In this document: positions 12,829 to 25,243 of the stretch, piece by piece
Layout: every line of letters begins with the position of its first letter
Position numbering within the stretch: the first letter of the stretch is position 1
Origin: Lytechinus pictus
Lineage: Eukaryota
Direction of reading: 5' to 3'
Assembly (NCBI RefSeq): GCF_037042905.1
Contig: NC_087246.1
Span: 67,394,001-67,458,000 of the forward strand
DNA length: 64,000 nucleotides
Position numbers and translations under genes: made by a program
Notes under the pieces: generated by a model
What the model saw: only the letters and a program-made list of their open reading frames with translations
Database searches by the model: none
Told to the model about the DNA's origin: nothing

Positions 12829-12969
12829 CTCGTAAACAATGTCCTGGAGCTGGACCTGTTCCACACCAAAACGATGACGATGATGACCATGGTGCTCTTG
12901 GCGGAGAGGGTTGTTGAACGCACTCGCGCTGAAGACGAGCCCGACAACGAGCATGAACCAATTCAACAT
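12829..12969 (-). CDS. Avidin-family secreted protein, coding exon 1 (signal peptide + His-rich extension)
   Basis: Acceptor ctctctccag|ATC ATG; reads MLNWFMLVVGLVFSASAFNNPLRQEHHGHHRHRFGVEQVQLQDIVYE; donor GAG|gtgaac, phase 0; 141 nt. Confidence 0.8.
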
Positions 12970-13088
12970 GATCTGGAGAGAGAGGGGGAGAGAAATACAA
13001 ATCCTCAATGCACGTAAGGAAATGATCGTGACGTGCACGACGTTAATACAAAGGTAATTATGATGATAGTGATGATGATGATGATGAT

Positions 13089-14175
13089 CAGTGGCGTAAC
13101 TACGGGGGGGGGGCCTGGGGTGGCATGTGCCCCCCCCCCCAACGGCTGACCAAAAAAAACGGGGAAAAGGAGAAAAAGAGGGAGAAAGGAAGAGAAACGT
13201 GGGAAAGAAGAAATTATTCATTATAATGTTATATTATATTATAATTGTTATGTTATAATTATTACATAAGAAACATTTTTATCATAACTTTATGAAACAT
13301 AATTTGCTCAGGGCCTATGTTTTCATTGTTCGTGGTGCTCGCATTGTCTGTTTAATGAGATATATAATCCTGTTGAACTAAAACCTCCCGTTTTCAAGTC
13401 AATATACACCAAATATATTTCCTCGCACTTCGAGTTATTATTGTTTTATGTAGTGGCATATGCTTCTTTTTCATGACTACTTCAAGTGATTGCCCCATGT
13501 TAAGGTCTTGATATAAAACATTTAATGATTTCCTGTCCGTGATTACGTTCGCATTAGTCATGTTAGTGGTTAGGTGAGATATGTCTGCTCTCCATGAATT
13601 CCTAAAAATTGTCCTTAAAATGTTTCGGTCAATATATACAAAAATTTCAGCTCGCGCTTCGCACTCGCATCATTTGGTTAGTGAAATACGCGTGGTCTTA
13701 GTGAATTCCTACAAACAAGCCTTAGAATGCCCCACTTCAGGTCTGAATTATCTATATTATTTAAATTTTCAGCTCGCGCTTCGCGCTCGCAATATTTGAT
13801 TAGTGAGATGCGTATGATAATCATGATTAGAATGACTACAAAAAGTGCTTCATGTGTTCAGATGTAATTGGCACTCGCATTACATGACTATGGTGAGATA
13901 TGTATACTCTAAATGGATTCCTTGAAAAATAGTCCTTAAAATGTTTCTGTTTGGGGTCAATATATAAAAAAAAGGTTAGCTCGCGCTTCCCGCTCGCATT
14001 GTTTAGCGAGACAGGTACATATCATGATTACAAAAAAAATATTATAATTTCCCTTTTTAGGTCTGAATATAAAAAAATTTCAACTCGCGTTTCGCATTAT
14101 TTGATCAGTGAGATTATTATCCGTTTAATGGCATTGTCCTTAAAATGTCTCTATTAGGTAAGTATACCTGGCAAC
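13089..14175. mobile_element. hAT-like non-autonomous element, right end uncertain
   Basis: Starts CAGTGGCGTAACTACGGGGGGG; carries recurring gctcgcgcttcgcgctcgca motifs shared with the element at 26258-27366. Confidence 0.55.
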
Positions 14176-15670
14176 TGATGATAATGACAATATGACTCTA
14201 AAAACACTGAGTAAAATTTTACCCAATATTGGGTAGAAAGGGAACATGCATGTTTGCTGGGTATTTTTTTAACCCCATATTTGGCCATTTCAACGCAACA
14301 TTGCGTAAAATTTACAAAATATTTGGTATCTGTTTACCCAACCAACATGCATGGTCTCATTTTACCCAATATGGGGTAAACCTTTTTTTAGAGCTAGTGT
14401 ATGAAGATGATAAGCCGTTTCATGTACTAAACAGCTACATGTACATTGTAATGGGTAAAATTTTAACCAGCACGAGGTTAATTATATGTCCAACCAATTT
14501 GGGATAGTATTTTACCCAATGCGGGAAGCATATTGTCCAGTAAGGTTAAAAATAGGCAGCAATCACTTTAGAATGGGCAAAATTTTCCTCACACTAGATA
14601 AATAAAAATGCCCAAAAGAAATGTCCAATGTTGGTTGGATGCATAATCTCCCTCATGGAGCATTTCACCCAATATTATTTTAAGAGTGGATAAAAAGGGA
14701 GATAAAAGGGTTACAAGTTGCTTAATGTGATATTATCATCTTTTTATCTTAATTTATTAAACAGCTCATCTGCAATTACGGTACTTAAAATGTGAACACA
14801 TAATTATTTTAGTAATTCCTGAAGTTTACTATCTATTTTAAAGATTAGCCTACTGAATTTTTGAATGAACCAGTACCAAAAGTTTAATGTGATTCGTAAA
14901 TGCTACAAACTTTTGTCAGTATTGTTAGCATTAATACCTTTGCAAATGAATAATTACAAGAAAGTAAACCATTTGAATAGAATATGAAATATTAGCGGAA
15001 AGATATAAAACAACCAAACGGCGCGCCGTGGCGGTAAGAAAACCTGGTAATTCTGGTCAAGGAGATGAATACTATAAACATGATAAAACCGTACAAACTT
15101 ACCCACTCAACTACACCAAACACCCCGTTTCCAGCAAATGATCAATCATTCTAGGCAATAACACAGCTGGCAAATTCGTCGAATTTAAGTTATAATCTCC
15201 AGCTTAGCAGTTTGAAAATATTTCAGAAACTTAAGTGCAATTATTCATATTCAACTACTGTTATCAAGGTGTTATCAAACTTGCTATCTTGGATCTTTGC
15301 TCGAGCGGGGTTAAATTAGGCTAAAAGAACTTCATCAGTACATGTAGAATATACGTGATTACGTAGTATTACTTGTTTTTATTCCCAAAATCACACATAA
15401 AAATACGATAGAAAAAAGTATACAAAATATGTAATAATACATAATTATATATTAAACAGAGGTTAGCCAATTCAGCAATGTTTATCGAACATTACTGCAT
15501 TTACTGCCGTCGAAAAATTACAAAAATGTGTACATTAAGCAGAGATTACTAAACTTGTGTTTTCATGATGGAAATCACAGCCTGGTAGAACATTTTATAA
15601 CGCCGATTGAAAACAATTTAAACACAAAACTCCCCCAAAACAAGAATCATGGAACGAAATGAATACTTAC

Positions 15671-15970
15671 CCTATGCATTCTCTGTTACAATATGGAGAA
15701 AATTGTTGACAAAATCTGGTATATGCCAGTATTAGACTTCAAAGAACGACTGATCGAGGAAGAATAATCTGTGGTGCTTTGAAGTTTGATCCCAGCTATT
15801 CCGATTATGATCCGCAGCCGCACCTCAGAACCAACCAAGCCAATCCAGAACCGATTGATGATCGCCCCGATGGGGTTATATTGTGTATCGGATCTAGTTC
15901 CTGTTTTCAGTTCCCCCTATGTGACCAGGGTATAACTAATGAACTTCTGCAACGATCGAATGCCAGGAAC
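15671..15970 (-). other. Candidate non-coding 5' UTR exon of the avidin-family gene
   Basis: Acceptor ataccttcag|G and strong donor ATAG|gtaagt bound a 300-nt GC-richer segment with stops in all three frames; coding exon 1 has an acceptor 3 nt before its ATG, so an upstream exon is required. Confidence 0.45.
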
Positions 15971-16529
15971 CTGAAGGTATTGTATGGTAATCGTTCTTCC
16001 TTTTTATCTTGTTTGCATTAACTTTATATTGTTTTACGAGTGTCATTATACAGGACTTGTAACAAAGCGGGGCCTTTTGGAGTCGGGGTCACGATGGGTT
16101 AATATCTGTTGGATTATCAGCTCATGTCCCTTTGAGAACATCACGTGATTCTGTGAAACAACAGGAGAGATCGATACGCATTAATGGGTAAGGTTTTGAG
16201 AGCTAGCTGTCCTGATCGTTTTGAGATTAAAATGTAATTAAACCAAATTGTCTTGATTAGGCCTTTATCGCCTCTTTCAAGCGTTTTGTATTCATGTGTA
16301 GCATGTTTAAAGGTGGCCATATCCTTTTCCAATTCATAGCAATTTTCGCAGAGCTCAATAGGCAATTACAATTAGGGATTAGCGCCCAAATGGCGCCCCG
16401 CCCCTCAATAAATTACAAGAGAATGCTCGATACGCTTCATGTAAGCTCCTGTAAATCATGAATTTAATAAGATGCATCACAGAGCATTCCGAAATTGCTT
16501 TAGCTGATAGATGGATATGACAATGTTAA

Positions 16530-17123
16530 AGGAGAATGAAACCTTTGGAACAAGATAGCTTGTGTGAAAAAAGAAAAATCAAAGAAACAGATCAACAAAA
16601 GTTTGAGAAAAATCGGACAAATAATGAGAAAGTTATGAGCATTTGAATATTGCGATCACTAATGCTATGGAGATCATCACACTGGCAATGCGACAAATAT
16701 GTGTGATGCCACATGTGAACAACTCTCCCCATTACTTTAGTATATATTTCACTTTAACTGCCTCTTTTATCACATCTATCAGCATGATCAGTAGATCATG
16801 TCTTCTTTCTTTAGGAGGGCATGTAATACAGATTTTCAAAGAATACATCATGGATAAAGAGTTTGTATCACCATATGAAAAAGCAAAAAGATACATTTGG
16901 GGGGTATTTTATAGTCCATCAAAGGGAAAGATGTTCACATGTGACATCACACATCCTTGTCGCATTGCCAATAGGAGGATCTCCATAGCATTAGTGATTG
17001 CAATATTCAAATGCTCATAACTTTCTCATTATTTGTCCGATTTTTCTCAAACTTTCTTTGTTCTTATTCTTTGATTTGTCTGTTTCGACACAAGCCAACT
17101 TGTTTCAAAGGTTTCACTTCCCT
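16530..17123. mobile_element. Kolobok-like non-autonomous element
   Basis: ttaa-AGGAGAATGAAACC; long inverted arms; homologous to 7286-7873; right terminus degenerate. Confidence 0.7.
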
Positions 17124-18078
17124 AATCCACTAGGCAAATGAACAAACGCACATCTATATTATATGTTTGCTTACTCGTGTCAGTGCAGGCGTATATATAT
17201 TTTTTTCGGTCATTCTATTTTCACTTTTCAATGGCGCAAATTTGACATTTTTGTCCTACTTTGATGCAGCTGGAGCTTGAGTGGGGGAGGGGAGGGTGGG
17301 GGTGACGCGATTTGTAAAATGTCACAATCATCTATATATCCCCATCTACTACCAAAGTCGATTGAGGGAATTTCATGCTTTCCAATCTAGCTTTCCGATT
17401 GCAGGATCCACCGGCGGGATAATAATTCCCAAATATCTTCAAGAATATTCATCGGTGAGAGACGGAGACTGTAGATTTTTCTTCAAGAAGGCACACCCTC
17501 GATCCCCGTATAACGGCATACCCACTAATTGTATGATATTTTTAATACAATATTATGGGGTTTCCACTGCACTGTAAAATATTGGGTATTTTTTTACTAC
17601 CACAATGGAAATTATGAGTCTAACTAGTTTTGGGCGGTATTTTACCCAATGCTCAGTAAGGTTAAAAAAATAAGCAGCAATGACTTTAGAATGGGCAAAA
17701 TTTTCATTACACTGGATAAATAAAAATGCCTAAAAGAAATGCGCAATGTTCCAATGTTGGTTGGACATAACCCTCATGGAGCACTTTTACCTATAATACT
17801 TTGTTTAGAGTGTGTATTTAAAGGCTTGGTCCCACTGCACTTACGGATGCAGAGAGGGTGTAAAACGGACAAGAATCTTGCCATCCGTTGAAAAACGTTA
17901 TGTATCCGTTGTGTACTCATTGCATACGTGTTTCATACGCTCTATATCCATCGAGCATCCGTCCAATGTGATTTCATTGTTCGCCAATTTTGTCCATTGT
18001 CTGGAGCGGATGAAAACGGATGGAGCCACCCCGAAATTTTGTTTGTCCGTTGTATCCGTTATGAATTCGTTTTGTGTC

Positions 18079-18221
18079 CAGGGGAGTGTTTCATCAACAT
18101 TTTCATCCGACAAGTTGTCAGATCTGACATCTTTCTCTGATGTTGATTGGCTGAGAGGTACTGTTACTATGGTAACTGTCGGATAAAACGTCCGACAAGT
18201 CCTTTCATGAAACGCCCCCAG
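18079..18221. mobile_element. Short Harbinger-like MITE abutting another element fragment (17820-18078)
   Basis: caggggagtgtttcatcaa...ttcatgaaacgcccccag. Confidence 0.55.
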
Positions 18222-18246
18222 GCCTTAAATTTGCCTGAAGTATTGA

Positions 18247-18531
18247 ATAATAATAGGCATTTGTATAGCGCCATCTATCTAGAAACAATCTATTCCGAGG
18301 CGCATTATTATTATCATTATCATTATTACCCTAGCTTTAGCTCAAGCTGCCTTTCAACACTCGTACATTCAAGAAATTAATCCTGTCGGGTACCCATTCA
18401 CCTCACCTGGGTCGAGTGCAGCACAGTGTGGATAAATTTCTTGCTGAAGGAAAGCATGCCATGCCTGGATTCGAACCCACGACCCTCTGTTTGAAAGGCG
18501 AGAGTCAGAACCACTAGACCACGATGCGCCC
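18247..18531 (-). mobile_element. tRNA-derived SINE
   Basis: Minus strand: GGGCGCATCGTGGTCTAGTGG (A box)...GGTTCGAATCC (B box), body gcactcgacccaggtg...aatgggtacc, tail gcgctatacaaatgcc(tat)n. Confidence 0.8.
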
Positions 18532-19945
18532 ACGCGATTAATCAACCTGTCTTCCTTTCTTAATGTTTCTTGATATAAAAATTGATTGGTGGGTCCAATT
18601 TGATGAATATTTAATGAATGTATATGGAAGGAAACATACATTGGTAATGATGATTAACCCTATCGAAAAAGAATCACGTGAAATGAATTTGTTAATCAAA
18701 AGTTTAATTTTGTCAAGCTTTGATCCATGTAAAGTGCATCACTTTATGATTAAAGTACTGTCTTCTATAGTCAGTGTTATTTTTTTTTCAATTGTGGTCC
18801 CTATAAAGAGATTGACAATGCGTTCAATGACGTCAGTCATTAATTCCGGTTTGACCTGTTAGTCATAATTGATAAGATATCTTCCCAGCGGAGAATGAAT
18901 TTAGAATGAAATATCATCTGTCATTTATTGAGAGATCAGAAAATTGAAAATTGATTAAAGCGACTTTGTGATTATTGTGCTCTTTCGCGCTGTTGTCAAA
19001 GTGTATAATTGTGCACCATTGTAATGACAGCGCCCTCATTTTCCTTATACGAAATTTACCAGGAATTGATTAAATAGTTGGGTTCTATTTGGTTATGACG
19101 CCATTGATAACAAGAGCTTGGGCCTCTCTGATGATAACAGTAGCCTATGCATATATAGTAGAGCGAGGGAGCGAATCGATAGAGCGCCTATAATATCCTA
19201 ATTGAAGTTATCTTGGTCGCATGGTAATCGAGACTAGTAAAACAATGTTGGGAAATATTAAAATGGTATTGAATAAATTTAATAGAAAATCTCAGAGGCA
19301 TATCTTTTAATTTTGAATTAATGACGCCTTTGTCACAAAATGAAGATTTCCAGGTAAAAAAAAGTTTTGGGGGCGGGGGGGGGGGGGCTATCTCGCGACA
19401 TATGAATCTCCGTATGTTCTTTTCTTTTACTCATTACGGCACTGGTTAAAATCCATCATGAATTATGGATACTATAATCGTATTAGGTCTGTAACGTGAG
19501 TAGTTAAACCACATGTAATGCAATGGATATCAAACATTTGATGTTATTTATAATGTTTAGTGTACAAATTATTTAGTTTTGAGTTTTCATTTGAAAAAAA
19601 AATCAAAGTGACATCGCAATAAATAATAAATAAAGATTTTAGAGTTCCAAAACAACATCTTCCATTCGCGTTTTGGGTTGGAAGAGGGGTCATAATTCAA
19701 ACAAATGTTCATCATAGATATCAGTAAATTAAAAAAATGCATTTCACAGGATAGCAAGGTCCTCTTGTAACTAAATTTTCGGTTCAACCTTTTAAATCCC
19801 AAAACAAGTGGTGGCTACTTTTTTATAGGGATGTGTGATTCCACGTTTTCCACAAATCACGGGCGAGCTTATTGGTTTTGTGAAATCATGTCCAGGCATT
19901 CAGTCAACTACTCTCACGTGCGCATGGTCAAACAGTACTCCTATA

Positions 19946-20873
19946 CAGTGCGTATAAAAAAAACACTTGGATATAATCCTGTAAAATTATATATTTACAT
20001 TATCCTGAAGCCTTTTCCACATTTAAACGTTGGTGATATGATTGTCGAAAATTCTTTCCGCTTGAGTGAGCACCACTTACTTATGAAAAGTTTGTGAAAA
20101 ATTATTTGCGCAGAACTTGGAAAAAGTTATATGAATAAAAGTCGACTTTAATCATGCAGAACCCATGGACTTTAGCTAGGAAGATTGATTTGATAATATC
20201 TTTTGCTTTTTTTTTTTTTGGGGGGGGGTTCCCCAATTTCGCCCCCTCCCCTCCCCACACACCAAGGCCATGGTGATGATCTGCTTTACTCGGAGCTGCG
20301 ATTCACATAAAATGGCTTAGGTTTGATTTTCCTTCTGTTAATCATTGTCAGCTTGGGAAAAGTGTGGAGAAACAAGTATTAAATTAAATATGAAATGTTA
20401 ACCCACTTTAAATGAAAAAAGATAATCAAAAATGCTGGAGATGTTTCTAATAATTTTTTTTTACATTCAGTTATGTCCTCCGATCCAGCTGGCAAAAAAT
20501 GGTAGAGGTTGTGCTTACCTCGGGTTAAAATGTGAATTTGGGTCTCAAAGTTGTTACGGAATGTTTAAATGTATCCGTGTTTTTTTTCAATTGGCTAAAA
20601 AATGCAAAAGAAAATTAATGTTTGAGAGATGAATCACACTGTCAGTTTGTTTTCACCTTTTTACCTTGACACAGCGTCAACATGAGCATTTCTTCGAGCT
20701 TTACCAAAATGGGCAGCGCTCACTCAATTGTAACATTCTGTCAAAAATGTTACTTTCATTTGATAGATGAGACCCAAACCCAAGATATTTGAAAAATATA
20801 TCACCATGTTGTATATTTTTCAATTCCTATATAGGGCTTTTTCAAAATGTAAACTTTTTATTGATACGCACTT
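19946..20873. mobile_element. Tc1/mariner-like non-autonomous element upstream of the GPCR
   Basis: ta-CAGTGCGTATAAAAAAAA...TTTTTATTGATACGCACTT-ta; imperfect TIRs with TA flanks. Confidence 0.55.
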
Positions 20874-21231
20874 TATAATATAAAGTCGGTGGCATGATAA
20901 TAAAAAAAGAATAGTTTGCATCGGACCGACAACGGTGCTGTGACGAGAACCTCGTTCAAGCGCATAATGCAAGAAGCAGACCGTCAGCAGATGAGCATTA
21001 TAGGTACACTCGTGGTTTCATTCGTAAGAACGGGCGAAAATTGATAAAAATCAATAACATGTTGGTCGTTCACATTTATTTCCATGGATCATTTTTGAGT
21101 GGAACATGATCTCCGTTTAATGAAAAGTTCTTTCTTTGGAAAACGCCAAAACTGTCATGACTGTACAATTACGATAGTGAGTACCAACTGATACAGCTTT
21201 GAAACATTTTCATGAGAGATAAAGGTTCTAC

Positions 21232-21319
21232 ATGGAAGTTGTAAAGATGAATGTAGTCACTTTCAAAATATTGTTCTTTATTTTGGACGCAATTCCCTTT
21301 CACGCAGTTTCATCTGAAG
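21232..21319 (+). CDS. Class B/Methuselah-like GPCR, exon 1 (signal peptide)
   Basis: Reads MEVVKMNVVTFKILFFILDAIPFHAVSSE, then G|gtaacg; phase 1 matches the acceptor at 22943; start could be the second Met. Confidence 0.65.
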
Positions 21320-21404
21320 GTAACGTAGTAATTTTTGCTCTTCTTCCTCACCTTTTTTTTATGCGTAATGCCGTCTGTTTTGGGTTTTATTATTGTTAGT
21401 GTTG

Positions 21405-21710
21405 TCTTCGTCGTCCCTTTTTCTTCTTCTTCTTCTCCTTCTTCTTCTTCCTTTTCTTCTTTTAAATTCTTTATCTTTTTTTTCTTCTCCTTCTTCTTCT
21501 TCTTCTACTTCCTCTTTTTCTTCTCTCGTAATTTGTGTTTCCGTTAAAGTACTTTTTGCTCTTCTTCCTCATGTTCATCTTATGCTGAATGCCGTCTGTA
21601 TAGGGTTTTGTTGTTGTTAGTGTTGTCCTTGTCGACCTTCTCCTTCTTCATCTTCTTCTTCTCCTCCTTCTTCCTTTTCTCCTTCTTCTTCTCCTTCTTC
21701 TTCTTCTTCG
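21405..21710. repeat. (CTT)n-rich low-complexity tract with internal duplication, GPCR intron 1
   Basis: ttcttcttc runs; flanking unit tttttgctcttcttcctca...atgccgtctgt occurs twice. Confidence 0.8.
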
Positions 21711-22943
21711 AATATAATTAAAGTTTGACAAAATATTTTCACTTGAAATTAATGACAAAAAGTTATAATTTTACTTTCTTTGAAGGGGGGGGGGGCGGGT
21801 TACTCCGCTTTAGGATTTACAGGGGTCCCCTTATAGTATACAACAATGTTCTAAAGAGAAAAACCCCATAAATATAATTTTCAAAAACAAAAGGACAAGC
21901 GGAAACGAGCAAGGGTCTAAGTGACCACCCCTGATTTTTTTAAAATAAATTAAAAAAAAATGAAAGAAAGAGTGAGAAAAACGAGAATCAATAGAGAAGT
22001 CTTGGTCGTGTAACTATATCCTTTGTATATCATGCCTTCTATGCTATCGAAATGAAAAAAAATGACGTCATCTTTATGTCGTCTTGAGTCAGGCCTTTAT
22101 CCAGATAGCCTTAGCCTTTATTCGGATAATAATATTACATTCTCTCATACATAGTAAATGAAATACTAAAACAAAATGAAGTTTTATATTACAAAGGAAA
22201 TAATATACAACGTGATATACATTTTTCGAACAAAGATTAATATAACCCATAATACAAACAGGAAGCAGTCGACTTCACTCGTATTTACCGTATGATGAGA
22301 AAAATCCAAGACATAAAGACTTTTTTTTAAGTTCAGAGCAGACAAAAATTGATATATGAAATAATTTGTTTAAGAGAGAGAGATGTAAAGAGAAGTTTAT
22401 CCTATAATTAAAAAAATAAATATACATAATATATCTCCATATTTTGTAAGACGGTATGAATAGAGAAACATTAAGTTTCTACGTTTATGCATAGAAATAT
22501 ACAACAATCATAATAAAGGTTTTAGGTATAAGACACACAACAAAACATAATTGTGAAAGGGGAGCAGCCAAACCGAAACCCATCTACTTTATTATTTTTT
22601 TTTTACCCATAACGGCATTAAGATATATTTGATAAAATTGGATTCATTACTATTATTCTATACTACTAATTACTCTTATTAATCATTTTATCAATATTGA
22701 GCATTGTAGCAAGATAACCGTATATTGATGTTTTTTTAATTGAAATTGATGGGTAAGGATCAGTGGGAGAAATAGTTTGAAGAAAGCAGGAAATTGAAAA
22801 ATGATCCCTTCCAAAACAACAGGGCGCCACCCCTGCTCATGCTAGCATAGGCATACGCCCATCATACCCATAATATCATTAAGCACTAACGAGCAATGAT
22901 CTCCGTTTGGAGTAACTATGATAATTATTCTACTTTCATCCAG

Positions 22944-25243
22944 GTAACGGATCTGTGATGTGGTCAACTTCATCGAAATACCCACCCCCCTCTCCTTCGG
23001 ATTCATCTTCATATTCTTCGCAGTTCTCTAGTACCGTCACGGCGGCAGAATCGATCCCAACCTGCTATCGACAGATGTGCAGCGAAAAAGATGGTGGACC
23101 TGTCACCTGTCGTTGTGACAAACGGTGTTTCTTCTTCGGGGATTGCTGCTACGGTATCAGAGTCCCACCACCATTTGTTCTAGAACGGTTACAATTTGAC
23201 ACGACCGTATGGGACTGTGTTGAAGACACGTTCCTACCGCCGATCTATCAGGAACTCAACCATGGCTATCGCATGGTCACACGGTGCCCACAGAGCTGGG
23301 ACAAGGACGATGTCCGGAGGAAATGCGAAAATGTTTCAAGCAACGATACTGAACATATCATGTACACGGACGGAGATGACTACTATAGGAACGTTCACTG
23401 CGTCATATGTAGTGGTATTGACGAATCTTCAGTATCCCCTATCTATGGCTCGGATCAATGCTCGTGGCAATCAAAGAACGAACTGAAATGTTTACTAGAT
23501 GCCAATAGCACCTCCCCTATCCCAGACGACATGGACAACAGTCTTGACAACTATACACTTGTAGAACTATACCAAGAAATTCCAATACCGCGTTTCTGTC
23601 TGCTGGATGTTGAGGAAACTTGTCCAAATGATAACGGGGACCTGAACTTGCAAAATAAGTGTCGAATGTACTTTGTTCCGGTCTTGTTTAATAGTTCTAT
23701 ATATAAAAATCCCTTTTGTGCTCTGTGCAACGACCAACGTGAGGACCTTCATTCATATTGCAAAATACCGGTGAGGAAAAAAGAGGGTGAGAGAGGTGGC
23801 GATTATTTCAATGTAGGGATTGGAGCTGCCTTTAGCGGTATAGTGAATAGGGAGCAAACGGCTGAAAATAAAGATGAGCAGGTCTATCGACACCCACTTT
23901 TAATCAGTTCTATCTGGCCCTTGTGCAAGTCAAAGCAGGCATATTTAATCTATAAGAATGGAAAGGTGGAATGTTTCGGAAATGAATCCTGTTCTATAAA
24001 CTCAAACATCCCCAAAGGTGATGCAAGAGAAGTAGATGATTTTCTATTTGAGATAAATCTTGCTGATGCATTGTCCTCTCATTTAGACCTTGCGGATATC
24101 CCGCCATTGGTAACCTTTCTGCAACGTCTCCGCAACCGAAGCGATGAAATGTATATACCTCAAGTACTTACTGTAATGCAGTGGTGCCATACTCTGAAGT
24201 ATAATCAAGAGTCTCTAGGCAAATCCAATTGCTCAAATGAATTGTATGAAGGGGAGCCAAATAAATTCTCACCGTTCGTCCTGTCAAACGATTCTTACAT
24301 ATTCTTTAACGGATCGTTCGTGAAACCCATCTGGTGGTTTAACCAGACTGCTCTCTGGTTTGAAGACACCAATTGGATACCGTATCCTAAGATGTATCTA
24401 TGCGGTACGGAGCATGAAGTTCAGTTCTGCCCTTCGATAGCGGTGGCGACAGACTCAGTTGAATGGGTAGAACGCTTTAACAAAACCCTCCTGAAATACA
24501 AGAACAATATCTATTTCCAAGAGGATTTCTTTTTGCACCCTGATGGGCGGATTCGCATATGTATTGATGAGGAAAACCAACTTGAAGACTTTGTTTATAC
24601 AGGACTGAATATTGTTGGAAATGTAGCCTTCGCAGTGTCTTCAGCTTGCCTGTTTGCTACTTTGTTGACGTATCTTGTTTTCTCGGAGCTGCAGAACAGA
24701 CAGGGTATAGTGGTCATCAATTTCATTGTGGCTCTGCTTCTGGGGCAAATCTTTCTGCAGTATGTGGGCTACCACTTCTCTGATCGGTTCATTCCATGTC
24801 TTGCATTTGCGTCTCTATCGCATTTCTTCTTCTTGGCGTCCTTTGTCTGGACAACAGTACTGGCCTGGGATCTTAGAAGAAGCCTCTCGGCATCGGTCAT
24901 CTTTAGGAGTGGGCAATCGTGTTTCCACACAACTGCGTATGCTTTGATCGGTTGGGGAATTCCTCTAGTGATAACATCGACAACTCTCCTGATGCAATTA
25001 GGTGGATTCACGGACGAGCCCATCCTGGAATATGGTGGTCCCGCCTGTTGGTTTGCTACAAGGTTGTCGAGTCTGGCAGTCTTCTTTGGGCCTATCTGTC
25101 TTTGCCTCCTAACCAACTGCCTCCTTTTCATTGGAACCATGCGGAATTTGCACTCTACGAATAAATCTACTGCAATAGCGAGGAAGAACTCCGGTAGTGC
25201 CAGACAGAAGCAACTCACTTTGGAACTTAGGATCTTTGTCAAG
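22944..25243 (+). CDS. Class B (secretin/adhesion/Methuselah-like) GPCR, exon 2: SMB-like domain, Cys-rich ectodomain, TM1-TM5
   Basis: tactttcatccag|GT AAC; 2300-nt open exon; CRCDKRCFFFGDCC (somatomedin-B-like); TM motifs SSACLFATLLTYLVFSELQN, HFFFLASFVW, YALIGWGIP, CWF, FFGPICLCLLTN; donor AAG|gtaaga. Confidence 0.93.

Noticed and set aside
12970-13221. N-terminal part of the 161-aa ORF 12736-13221, with poly-His
   Set aside because: Upstream of the acceptor at 12973 it is intron, a (CAT)n run and a transposon end; only 12829-12969 is coding.
16643-17020. 125-aa ORF
   Set aside because: Lies within a palindromic Kolobok-like element; no transposase motifs.
18460-18531. tRNA gene
   Set aside because: A and B boxes are present, but the sequence runs into a SINE body and tail with another partial copy at about 8360-8556.
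18828-18835. TGACGTCA (CRE-like) site, also near 22062, 41929 and 51481
   Set aside because: Short motif, one instance inside a transposon; no supporting evidence of function.
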